The notes beneath the pieces are model-generated. The model did no database searches, was not told the DNA's origin, and saw nothing but the letters and a program-made list of their open reading frames with translations. DNA of 32,000 nt from Cylindrospermopsis raciborskii Cr2010 (GTDB taxonomy: Bacteria; Cyanobacteriota; Cyanobacteriia; Cyanobacteriales; Nostocaceae). The translations under genes were made by a program, and so were the position numbers. How positions within the stretch are numbered: the first letter of the stretch is position 1; the number at the start of each line of letters is the position of its first letter. Below are positions 1-8,784 of this stretch, in pieces. Location: positions 3,000,001 through 3,032,000 of the forward strand of contig NZ_CP065936.1 in NCBI RefSeq assembly GCF_003367075.2. Reading direction: 5' to 3'.

Positions 1-1
1 T

Positions 2-1621
2 GTGGATATCTGGTCTTTTGTCTTGACCTTTATGTTTAAACTTTGGCGGTATAATAAGGCATGGAGTTATCCTGGGGGTGTAACGGAGGCAAAACAAGCA
101 GCTAGACGCTACGCCCAGGCGGTCTGGGTAAGAAATACATTTTTGGATCTAGGACCAACTTTTATTAAGGTTGGCCAGTTGTTTTCCACCCGTGCGGATA
201 TATTTTCTAGCGAGTATGTGGATGAGCTGTCTAAGTTACAAGACCGCGTACCAGCTTTTGATTACGAACAGGTGGCCACAATCATTGAACAGGAATTGGG
301 TAAAACAATTTCTGAACTCTTTGCCAGTTTTGAACCCATACCTCTTGCTGCTGCTAGTTTAGGCCAGGTTCACAAGGCTGAACTGCACTCAGGGGAAACC
401 GTAGTAGTCAAGGTGCAACGACCAGGACTGAAAAAACTCTTTGAAATCGATTTACAAATACTTAAAGGTATCGCCTACTACTTCCAAAATCATCCTGAGT
501 GGGGAAGAGGAAGAGATTGGATAGGTATTTATGAGGAGTGTTGTCGCATTCTTTGGGAGGAAATTGATTATCTGAATGAGGGACGCAATGCGGACACTTT
601 TAGGCGCAACTTTCGCTCCTATAACTGGGTGAAGGTTCCTAGGGTATATTGGCGCTATACTACTTCTAAAATCATTACTTTGGAGTATGTTCCTGGCATT
701 AAAGTGAGTCAGTATGAAGCATTAGAAGCCGCAGGTGTGGATAGAAAGGCGATCGCTCGTTATGGAGCTCAGGCATATTTACACCAGTTATTGAATAATG
801 GCTTTTTCCACGCTGATCCCCACCCTGGTAATTTGGCGGTAAGTCCAGATGGAGCCTTAATTTTCTACGACTTTGGCATGATGGGCACTATTAAGTCCAA
901 TGTTCGAGAAGGACTAATGGAAACCTTATTTGGCATTGCTCAAAAAGATGGTGACCGCGTAGTACAATCATTAATTAATTTGGGTGCGATCGCTCCGGTG
1001 GAGGATATAGGTCCTGTGCGACGTTCTGTCCAGTATATGTTGGACAATTTTATGGACAAACCCTTTGAAAACCAATCCGTGGCTACCATCAGTGAGGACT
1101 TGTATGAAATTGCCTACAATCAGCCATTTCGCTTCCCAGCCACTTTTACCTTTGTCATGCGAGCTTTTTCTACTTTAGAAGGGGTAGGAAAGGGTCTAGA
1201 CCCGGAATTTAATTTTATGGAAGTTGCCCAGCCTTATGCAATGGAGCTTATGAATAACAATAATGGTGCTAGTCAAGCAAACACTTTTTTAAATGAGTTG
1301 AGTCGTCAAGCGGTACAGGTTAGTAGTACCGCATTAGGGTTGCCCCGCCGTTTAGAAGATACCCTAGAGAAGCTGGAACGAGGGGATATCCGGTTGCGAG
1401 TGCGTGCCCTAGAAACTGAGCGTCTATTAAGACGACAAAGTAATATTCAAATGGGAATTAGTTATGCGCTAATCATCAGTGCTTTTACTATTTCAGCTAC
1501 TATCCTATTAGTCAATAGATTTTACTGGTTAGCTGCAATAGCAGGTTTAATAGTTACTGGTATCTCTTTCATTTTCTTGCGTCTAGTCTCCCGTCTTGAT
1601 CGTTATGATCAGAAGTACTAG
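2..1621 (+). CDS. ABC1/UbiB(AarF)-family atypical protein kinase; probably 5'-truncated by the window edge
   Basis: ABC1-family motifs FIKVGQLFSTRADIFSSEYVDELSKLQDRVPAF and PLAAASLGQVHKA, HADPHPGN catalytic-loop-like motif, C-terminal TM segments. The ORF runs to the window edge, so the true start may lie upstream. Confidence 0.85.
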   Translation: MDIWSFVLTFMFKLWRYNKAWSYPGGVTEAKQAARRYAQAVWVRNTFLDLGPTFIKVGQLFSTRADIFSSEYVDELSKLQDRVPAFDYEQVATIIEQELGKTISELFASFEPIPLAAASLGQVHKAELHSGETVVVKVQRPGLKKLFEIDLQILKGIAYYFQNHPEWGRGRDWIGIYEECCRILWEEIDYLNEGRNADTFRRNFRSYNWVKVPRVYWRYTTSKIITLEYVPGIKVSQYEALEAAGVDRKAIARYGAQAYLHQLLNNGFFHADPHPGNLAVSPDGALIFYDFGMMGTIKSNVREGLMETLFGIAQKDGDRVVQSLINLGAIAPVEDIGPVRRSVQYMLDNFMDKPFENQSVATISEDLYEIAYNQPFRFPATFTFVMRAFSTLEGVGKGLDPEFNFMEVAQPYAMELMNNNNGASQANTFLNELSRQAVQVSSTALGLPRRLEDTLEKLERGDIRLRVRALETERLLRRQSNIQMGISYALIISAFTISATILLVNRFYWLAAIAGLIVTGISFIFLRLVSRLDRYDQKY

Positions 1622-1678
1622 TGATTACACATATTTTGATAACACACATTTCAAATATCTCAAATACTTGAAAAAACT

Positions 1679-2410
1679 ATGAAACTTAACTTTACCGGTG
1701 CAACCGATACCGGACTTATTCGTTCTCATAATCAAGATGCTTACTATATAGACCCTGATGGACGTTTTTTTATCGTTGCTGATGGTATGGGAGGTCATGC
1801 TGGAGGGGAGGAAGCTAGTCGAATTGCCATTCAAGAAATTCAAGCCTATTTAACAAACCAATGGGACTCCCCCGAAAATACCCAGTCTTTATTAAGATTG
1901 GCTATATCCCAAGCCAATAATTCCATCTTACAAGACCAACTTTCCCACCCGGAACGTTCCGACATGGGAACCACAGTCGTGGTTGTAGTTTTCCGTTCCC
2001 CTGAACCCCCCATCTGTGCCCACCTGGGGGATTCTCGCTTATATCGCTTGACAAACTCTCAACTTTGCCAAATCACTCAAGACCATACCTGGGTCGCTAA
2101 AGCCATAGAAACAGGCGAGATTAGTCCCGAAGAAGCTCGCTCCCATCCCTATCGCCACGTCCTCTCACGCTGCTTAGGAAGACCAGATCTCAGCGACCCA
2201 GAAATTTACCCCTTTGATGTTAACCCAGGCGATCGCCTGCTTTTATGTAGCGATGGATTAACCGAGGAACTACTGGACGAACAAATTTTTCAGCTGTACC
2301 AGAACCCAGATTTAGAGCAAACAGCTTCATCCCTGGTGGAAGCAGCTAAAGCCAATGGCGGTAAGGACAACATCACTGTTATCTTGGTTGCTGCTGAAAA
2401 ACAAGAATAA
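1679..2410 (+). CDS. PP2C-family Ser/Thr protein phosphatase
   Basis: Motifs RSHNQDAY, FIVADGMGGHAGGEEAS, LLLCSDGL, GGKDNITVILV typical of the bacterial PP2C (Stp1/PrpC) family. Confidence 0.85.
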   Translation: MKLNFTGATDTGLIRSHNQDAYYIDPDGRFFIVADGMGGHAGGEEASRIAIQEIQAYLTNQWDSPENTQSLLRLAISQANNSILQDQLSHPERSDMGTTVVVVVFRSPEPPICAHLGDSRLYRLTNSQLCQITQDHTWVAKAIETGEISPEEARSHPYRHVLSRCLGRPDLSDPEIYPFDVNPGDRLLLCSDGLTEELLDEQIFQLYQNPDLEQTASSLVEAAKANGGKDNITVILVAAEKQE

Positions 2411-2467
2411 TCCAGGAAATGTTCAATTCGAGCATTTTTTCCCCAGTTAACCTGCTAGAAATATGTT

Positions 2468-2494
2468 CAAACCCATCACCCGACGGGTTTGTTT
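2468..2494 (+). terminator. Possible intrinsic terminator after the PP2C gene
   Basis: CAAACCC (2468-2474) / GGGTTTG (2485-2491) 7-bp stem, 10-nt loop, followed by TTTG. Confidence 0.35.
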
Positions 2495-2705
2495 GACCTA
2501 AACGTTAGTCCTTTAATATAACTTATACACCCAATCCCCCAACCGACTATCCCGATGGTAGATCGGAAACCCGAAATATATAACACTGGGCAATTTGTCA
2601 AATAACTGTTATCTTTCTTAACAAGTGACAGACCAAAACCGAACCAACCGAAAAGCTGGTTCACCGCCCATACCACCATTACTAATTGCTCTTTAGGTTT
2701 TAGCC

Positions 2706-2900
2706 ATGAATCAACCAATACAGCTTTCCTTAGAACAGCAATTCAACATTTACTCCTTTGCCAGCCAGGTCAAAGAAATGAGTCACGAACAGGCCCAAGA
2801 GTTCCTCGTGAAACTCTACGAGCAGATGGTAGTGAGAGAAGCCACCTATAAGGAACTACTCAAGCACCAGTGGGGATTGGATTTAGGCTCCATGGCGTAG
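2706..2900 (+). CDS. nblA: Phycobilisome degradation protein NblA
   Basis: 64 aa. LSLEQQFNIYSFASQV...HEQAQEFLVKLYEQMVVREATYKELLKHQWGLD closely matches the NblA family of heterocystous cyanobacteria as I remember it. Confidence 0.85.
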   Translation: MNQPIQLSLEQQFNIYSFASQVKEMSHEQAQEFLVKLYEQMVVREATYKELLKHQWGLDLGSMA

Positions 2901-3047
2901 GAGAATTTGTCGAGACCAAGACCTAACTTTAACTTGCACTCAAACCGGTCTCGGCTTTTGACTTTCGCCCTGGGACTGTTTCCTAACCCGTCCCCCACTC
3001 TATAAAACTATAATTCCCATTCGTTAACACATTTTGTTCATAAAACT

Positions 3048-4211
3048 TTACAGACCATGAGTTTCTCCTAGAACAACCTCCCGCTGTGCTCCTGTAGCAA
3101 CCGGCAAATTTCCAGGAATCCCTAAATGTTTCCAGTAAGCTAACACAGCAAAGGCGATCGCCTCCTTAAAAGCTGAGCTTAATCCCATGACATCTGTGGT
3201 GGTAACTGGTATTGAATCCAGCAATACCTCCAATCGTTTTTTCAGATAGAGATTGCGACCTCCGCCACCACACAATAGGACTTGTTGTGGCATTTGCGGT
3301 AAAAACTCACGGTAACTTTGAACAATAGAAGCTGCTGTTAGTTCAGTAACTGTTGCTAACACGTCTGGAATAGATAAATCATAGTGATTACAATCTCGCA
3401 AACACTGATAAAAGTAGTCAACACCGAACAGCTCTCTACCAGTGGACTTAGGAGGGCGTAAATAGAAATAGTCTTGACTCAACCACTGTTTAACCAATGG
3501 ATAACAAGGAGAACCACTAGCTGCCCAGGCCCCATTTTGATCATAAGTTTTTTGACCATTAGTAAAATGAGACACAGCTAAATCTAACAAACTATTTCCT
3601 GGACCTGTATCCCAACCCATGATTTTGTCTAGCCAACCATCAGAGCGTGGAGGTAGATAAGTAACATTACCAATACCACCAATATTTTGAATACAGCGAA
3701 CCTCCTGAAGATGACTCAAGAGAAAAGCATCAACCCTAGGGACTAAGGGTGCTCCATGACCACCGACTGCAATATCAGCCACACGAAAATTACTAACAGT
3801 AGTAATACCAGTGAGGCGAGCAATAACAGCACCCCGACCTAGCTGTAAACTATAACCTAGGGGGACGTGATTTTCCTCTCCTGTGGGTCTGTGGTAAACC
3901 GTCTGACCATGAGAACCAATGAGAGTAGCGGGGGGGTAACCAACCTGAATATGTTGGGCCGCCTGGGCAAAAACCGTGGCTATTTGATCATCAATAGTAG
4001 CCAGCTCCAGCATGGAAATTTGTTCTCCCCCACAGATGGAGAGGATTTTAGTCCGTAGTTGGGGTGGATAGGGGTAAGTTTCCCCCGCCAACAATTCCAC
4101 CTTCAGGTCTAAGTCTCCACCAGATATTTCCACTAAAGCGGTGTCTATACCATCTACAGAAGTACCACTCATTAAACCAATCACACGAGTTGGGGGGATT
4201 ATTTCCTTCAT
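3048..4211 (-). CDS. anmK: Anhydro-N-acetylmuramic acid kinase
   Basis: N-terminal [29 protein letters not shown], and length ~387 aa are typical of AnmK. The start ATG overlaps the kdpC stop (ATGA). Confidence 0.85.
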   Translation of the reverse strand: MKEIIPPTRVIGLMSGTSVDGIDTALVEISGGDLDLKVELLAGETYPYPPQLRTKILSICGGEQISMLELATIDDQIATVFAQAAQHIQVGYPPATLIGSHGQTVYHRPTGEENHVPLGYSLQLGRGAVIARLTGITTVSNFRVADIAVGGHGAPLVPRVDAFLLSHLQEVRCIQNIGGIGNVTYLPPRSDGWLDKIMGWDTGPGNSLLDLAVSHFTNGQKTYDQNGAWAASGSPCYPLVKQWLSQDYFYLRPPKSTGRELFGVDYFYQCLRDCNHYDLSIPDVLATVTELTAASIVQSYREFLPQMPQQVLLCGGGGRNLYLKKRLEVLLDSIPVTTTDVMGLSSAFKEAIAFAVLAYWKHLGIPGNLPVATGAQREVVLGETHGL

Positions 4212-4810
4212 TGTTCCCCCTGATTGAGAGACTGAAGGTCAAGGGCATAATTTAGTCGTAAAACATTCACCACTGCTTCGCCAAAAATACCTAAAAATTT
4301 GCCATCTGTGTACTTATACATTAAGCTTTCTATTTCATCTTCTTTCATACCACGTGCTTTTGCTACTCTTGGTAACTGCTGTCTTGCTGCTTTCCAAGAA
4401 ATATGGGGATCTAAACCAGAACCAGAAGTGTAAATTAGGTCTGCAATGGGTTTAAGGTCTTCCTCTTTTAATTGGCTAACCTCCTGACTAATTCTATCAA
4501 TCAACTGTGGATTAGTAGGAGAAAGATTACTCCCTCCAGATATACCATAGGGAGCAGATTTTTTGCCTTGACTGTACCTAATGGCGCTAGGACGGCTTTG
4601 AAAATATTGTTCTGATGTAAAACTTTGACCAATTAAGAAGGAACCCATTGGTTCAGCTTTAATATTGAACAAAATACTACCATTAGCCGTAAAAGGAAAA
4701 ACCCACTGACCTAAGTTCAATATTCCCAAAGGATAGATAATTGCAGTTAATATCCATATTAATACAAGTACTCGTATCCCGCGAAAAATCTCTTTGATAA
4801 ATGCCATCAT
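4208..4810 (-). CDS. kdpC: Potassium-transporting ATPase subunit C
   Basis: [42 protein letters not shown] align with E. coli KdpC motifs. Lies directly downstream of kdpB. Confidence 0.85.
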   Translation of the reverse strand: MMAFIKEIFRGIRVLVLIWILTAIIYPLGILNLGQWVFPFTANGSILFNIKAEPMGSFLIGQSFTSEQYFQSRPSAIRYSQGKKSAPYGISGGSNLSPTNPQLIDRISQEVSQLKEEDLKPIADLIYTSGSGLDPHISWKAARQQLPRVAKARGMKEDEIESLMYKYTDGKFLGIFGEAVVNVLRLNYALDLQSLNQGEQ

Positions 4811-4812
4811 AA

Positions 4813-6918
4813 TTAAGCTAAACCCACAAAGGTAAAAATCAGATCTAGAAGTTTAATAGCAATAAAAGGAGCAATTACTCCTCCCACACCATAAATTAAG
4901 ATATTCCGTTGCAAGAGCTGATTAGCTGTCAAAGGTCTAAACTTCACCCCCTTTAATGCTAAAGGAATTAAAGCAGGAATAATCAGAGCATTATAGGTCA
5001 GGGCTGATAAAACTGCTGAGTTGACACTAGTTAATCTCATAACATTTAAGCTTTGCAGATTAGCAGTAGCAAAAATTACCGGAATAATAGTGAAATACTT
5101 GGCAATGTCATTGGCAATAGAAAAGGTAGTTAAAGCACCACGGGTAATTAATAATTGCTTACCAATGGCGATAATATCAATAAGTTTTGTGGGGTCAGAA
5201 TCCAGATCTACCATATTGGCAGCCTCCTTAGCTGCCTGGGTTCCAGTATTCATAGCTACACCCACATCCGCTTGTGCCAAAGCGGGAGCATCATTAGTAC
5301 CATCTCCAGTCATAGCTACCAGTTTACCCTGAGCTTGTTCTGAGCGAATGACATGAATTTTATCTTCTGGACTTGCTTCAGCTATGAACTCATCCACTCC
5401 TGCTTCTTTAGCAATTACCTCAGCCGTAATATGGTTATCTCCGGTTAACATCACCGTGCGCACCCCCATCCGTCGCAGTTGGTCAAATCGCTCACGAATA
5501 GCAGGTTTGACTATATCTTTCAGATAAATAACACCATATACCTTATCGTCCAGACAAACCGCTAAAGGTGTGCCTCCCTGGCGGGATACTTGTTGATATG
5601 CAGTCTCCAATTCTGGGGTATGTTGACCATTACGGGAACGAACAAAAGCCTTTATCGCCTCCACAGCACCTTTTCTCGCTTCATGACCACCCGGTAAATT
5701 AGTTCCACTCATGCGGGTTTTGGCCGAGAACTCCACTCCCTGAGCTAACCGGCGATCAATATCAAATTTAGCACCCAGTTTTTCCGCCAGTCTAATGATA
5801 GATTTACCTTCAGGAGTATCATCAAATATACTGGCGGCTAATGCCACATTGGCAATTTCCGTGATTGAATGTCCACAGGTAGGCAAAAAAGACTCTGCTA
5901 GGCGGTTTCCTAAAGTGATTGTACCGGTTTTATCTAAAATCAACGTATTAATATCACCACAAGCTTCTACTGCTTGTCCAGAGGTGGCAATAATATTAAA
6001 CTGGGCGACCCTGTCCATACCCGCAATGCCAATGGCACTGAGTAAACTGCCAATAGTTGTAGGTATGAGTGCTACCAATAGAGAAATAAGTATGGTGATA
6101 TTAACGGGAGACTTGACATAGTACGCAAATGATGGTAGAGTGACTGTGACAATTAGAAATACTAATGTCAGCACTGACAGCAGAATGGTCAAAGCAATTT
6201 CATTGGGCGTTTTGCGCCGTTGGGCCCCCTCCACTAAATCAATCATCCTGTCAATGAATCCTTTACCAGGATCAGCTGTAATGCGGATAATCAACTCATC
6301 GGAAATAATCCGTGTACCCCCAGTGACGGAACTGGCCACATCTGAACCGCATTCCTTGAGGACTGGGGCGGATTCACCAGTGATAGCTGATTCATCTACC
6401 GAGGCTACACCCATAATTACCTCACCATCAGCGGGGATCATATCACCAGCTGACACATAAACCGTATCACCTTTTTTCAGCTGGGTTGAAGGGGTTTCGG
6501 TAATAGTGCCATCAGGGTCAATTTTCTTAGCTGTGGTTTCTTTTCTGCTTCTTCGTAAAGCATTAGCCTGAGCTTTACCTCTTCCCTGCGCCAAAGATTC
6601 GGCAAAATTGGCAAAAATAACCGTGGCAAATAAAATTGTGGTCACTAAACCATTGAATAATCGAGGATTGGTTTGATTAACCGTTCCCAATGCAGGCGGA
6701 TAAATTGTGGCTATTAGGGTGATGATTGTTCCTAACCACACTAAAAACATGATAGGATTTTTGATGGCATATTGCGGGGATAACTTGATTATGGTATCCC
6801 CAATTGCTTGAGTGTAAATCGCTAAATCGCTAAATCGCGATTTTTGGCGATTCAAACCTCCACTCTTAGTTCGGGAATGGGAGGATCTTTGCTTGCGTCT
6901 AGTTGCAACGGAGTTCAT
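4813..6918 (-). CDS. kdpB: Potassium-transporting P-type ATPase subunit B
   Basis: DKTGTIT phosphorylation motif, MTGDGTNDAPALAQADVGVAM, TGESAPV; collinear with E. coli KdpB. Has a basic N-terminal extension. Confidence 0.95.
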   Translation of the reverse strand: MNSVATRRKQRSSHSRTKSGGLNRQKSRFSDLAIYTQAIGDTIIKLSPQYAIKNPIMFLVWLGTIITLIATIYPPALGTVNQTNPRLFNGLVTTILFATVIFANFAESLAQGRGKAQANALRRSRKETTAKKIDPDGTITETPSTQLKKGDTVYVSAGDMIPADGEVIMGVASVDESAITGESAPVLKECGSDVASSVTGGTRIISDELIIRITADPGKGFIDRMIDLVEGAQRRKTPNEIALTILLSVLTLVFLIVTVTLPSFAYYVKSPVNITILISLLVALIPTTIGSLLSAIGIAGMDRVAQFNIIATSGQAVEACGDINTLILDKTGTITLGNRLAESFLPTCGHSITEIANVALAASIFDDTPEGKSIIRLAEKLGAKFDIDRRLAQGVEFSAKTRMSGTNLPGGHEARKGAVEAIKAFVRSRNGQHTPELETAYQQVSRQGGTPLAVCLDDKVYGVIYLKDIVKPAIRERFDQLRRMGVRTVMLTGDNHITAEVIAKEAGVDEFIAEASPEDKIHVIRSEQAQGKLVAMTGDGTNDAPALAQADVGVAMNTGTQAAKEAANMVDLDSDPTKLIDIIAIGKQLLITRGALTTFSIANDIAKYFTIIPVIFATANLQSLNVMRLTSVNSAVLSALTYNALIIPALIPLALKGVKFRPLTANQLLQRNILIYGVGGVIAPFIAIKLLDLIFTFVGLA

Positions 6919-6946
6919 AGGTAGGGAGTTGGGCTTAATGGATTAA

Positions 6947-8629
6947 TCAGTTTCCAGAGACCAGATTTAAGCCCTCCGCCACCGGACCCAAGACTAGAAC
7001 GGGGAAAAAGGTAAGTAGGGTTAAAATCATGGTTAAACAGGCTGTAATGCTGATAAACATTACCGAATCAGTTCTCAATGTACCACGGGTTTGGGGAACT
7101 GTTGATTTGCTAGACATACTGCTGGCTAATAGCAACATGGCTATGATGGGAACGTAACGCCCCAGTAAAATGGTTAAACTACTGCTTAGATTCCACCATA
7201 ATGTATTATCTTGTAGTCCCTCCAGTCCTGAACCATTATTAGCTGCAGCTGAAGCATATTCATAAACTACTTGGGAAATACCATGAAATCCTGGGTTACT
7301 AATTCCTGACAGGGAGTTAGGGTAGGCCAAAGCAATGGCACTGGGAACTAAAATGATAATGGGGTGAATCAATAGGATCGCGCTGGCCAAAAATATTTCC
7401 CGCTGTCCAATTTTACGCCCCAAAAATTCCGGTGTCTTTCCCACCATTAGGCCTGTGATAAATACAGTCAGGATTAAATAAATGAATAGGTTAGCCGTAC
7501 CTGTTCCCTGTCCACCCCAAACCATTTGGAGAAATAGGCTTGATAGGTTACAAAATATCCCCTGGGGCATAAATGAATCCAGCATCCCGTTCGCTGCTCC
7601 AGTCATGGTAGTAGATGTGATCACCGCCCATATTGCGGTTTCTCCTACTCCAAATCTCATTTCTTTACCCTCCAAATTGGGTATTTCTATACCTATGATT
7701 TGGTTGGCTAAGTAATTTCCCTGCATTTCACCTGTCACTGTCACCCAGATAAAAATCACAAATATTAGGAATACCATCCAAAATAGTAACCAACTTTGTT
7801 TCAAATTGTTGGCAAATACCCCGTAGCTATGTATGAGCGATGCTGGTATGATAATCATGGCTATGGTTTCTATTAGATTGGAAACACTGTTCGGGTTTTC
7901 AAAGGGATGGGCTGAGTTGGCAGCAAAAAAGCCCCCTCCATTTTGTCCTATCATTTTGATCATCTCAAAGGAAGCAACTGGACCCCTCGGTATATATTGG
8001 CTTCTCCCTTCCAATGTCTTGACTACCAATGTTCCCTCTAGCGTTTCTGGCACTCCTAATGCTACCAGGGCGATCGCTCCAATTATGCTTATGGGTAATA
8101 AGATTCTGGTGATGGCACGGATAAGATCAATGTAAAAATTACCCAGGCTTCTTCCGGTTAATCCCCTAATAAATGCTATTCCCACTGTTAATCCAGTAGC
8201 TGCTGAGGTGAACATTAAAAACCCTAGTGCTGCTGTTTGACTAAAATGGCTCAGTGTTGTTTCTGGTGTGTAGTGTTGCTGATTAGTATTGGTTAGGAAG
8301 GATATGGCGGTGTGTAATATTGTGTCCCATCTTGGTGCATTTAGATTGTTGGGGTTCCAAGGCAGTAGTTGCTGAAATGAGATAAGAATATATGCGCTTA
8401 TTCCCATAATGAGGTTACTGACAAGAACAGATTTAATATACTGTCCCACAGTCATCTGCTGTTTTTTATTGACTCCACAGATCACATATATAATCTTTTC
8501 TATGGGATTGAGCAGACTATCTAAGATTGTTGACTGCTCTAGAAAAACACTGGCTATGTACTTACCCAAGATAGGAGTAATTAGTACGACAATTCCCAGA
8601 ATGATAACGATTTGTAAGATACTTTGCAT
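6947..8629 (-). CDS. kdpA: Potassium-transporting ATPase subunit A
   Basis: 560 aa polytopic membrane protein with KdpA-type selectivity-filter-like segments ([21 protein letters not shown]); first gene of the kdpABC order. Confidence 0.95.
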   Translation of the reverse strand: MQSILQIVIILGIVVLITPILGKYIASVFLEQSTILDSLLNPIEKIIYVICGVNKKQQMTVGQYIKSVLVSNLIMGISAYILISFQQLLPWNPNNLNAPRWDTILHTAISFLTNTNQQHYTPETTLSHFSQTAALGFLMFTSAATGLTVGIAFIRGLTGRSLGNFYIDLIRAITRILLPISIIGAIALVALGVPETLEGTLVVKTLEGRSQYIPRGPVASFEMIKMIGQNGGGFFAANSAHPFENPNSVSNLIETIAMIIIPASLIHSYGVFANNLKQSWLLFWMVFLIFVIFIWVTVTGEMQGNYLANQIIGIEIPNLEGKEMRFGVGETAIWAVITSTTMTGAANGMLDSFMPQGIFCNLSSLFLQMVWGGQGTGTANLFIYLILTVFITGLMVGKTPEFLGRKIGQREIFLASAILLIHPIIILVPSAIALAYPNSLSGISNPGFHGISQVVYEYASAAANNGSGLEGLQDNTLWWNLSSSLTILLGRYVPIIAMLLLASSMSSKSTVPQTRGTLRTDSVMFISITACLTMILTLLTFFPVLVLGPVAEGLNLVSGN

Positions 8630-8631
8630 AA

Positions 8632-8679
8632 CTACGTATTTTTGAACTTATCTTTGACCGTATTTTTGACCGTATTTCT
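8632..8679 (-). repeat. Four tandem 12-nt units ending 2 nt before the kdpA start codon
   Basis: Minus strand reads AGAAATACGGTC AAAAATACGGTC AAAGATAAGTTC AAAAATACGTAG TT ATG. Units 1 and 2 are identical in 11/12 positions; on the plus strand TTGACCGTATTT is perfectly duplicated at 8654-8677. Confidence 0.8.
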
Positions 8680-8784
8680 AAATGTGTTTCCATTAATCAA
8701 TCATTACTGTTTTACTACTTTCTGGATATTTATGGATTTTTTAAGCTGGTATCTTTCTCAATCAACTCCACCAGGGAGGGAATT

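Noticed and set aside
1625-1843. 72-aa minus-strand ORF overlapping the PP2C gene start
   Set aside because: It is antisense to a well-supported CDS and its sequence is low-complexity.
2476-2718. 80-aa minus-strand ORF upstream of and overlapping the nblA start
   Set aside because: No recognisable family. It overlaps the nblA start and lies where the nblA promoter and leader are expected. Possibly real as a small membrane protein, but unsupported.
5021-6460. Plus-strand ORFs of 62-108 aa (5021-5332, 5155-5343, 5795-6121, 6140-6460) inside kdpB
   Set aside because: They are antisense shadow ORFs within a strongly supported P-type ATPase gene. Their products are low-complexity with no recognisable motifs.
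7482-8645. Plus-strand ORFs (7482-7715, 7833-8135, 8409-8645) inside kdpA
   Set aside because: These are shadow frames opposite a well-supported kdpA, with no independent signals.
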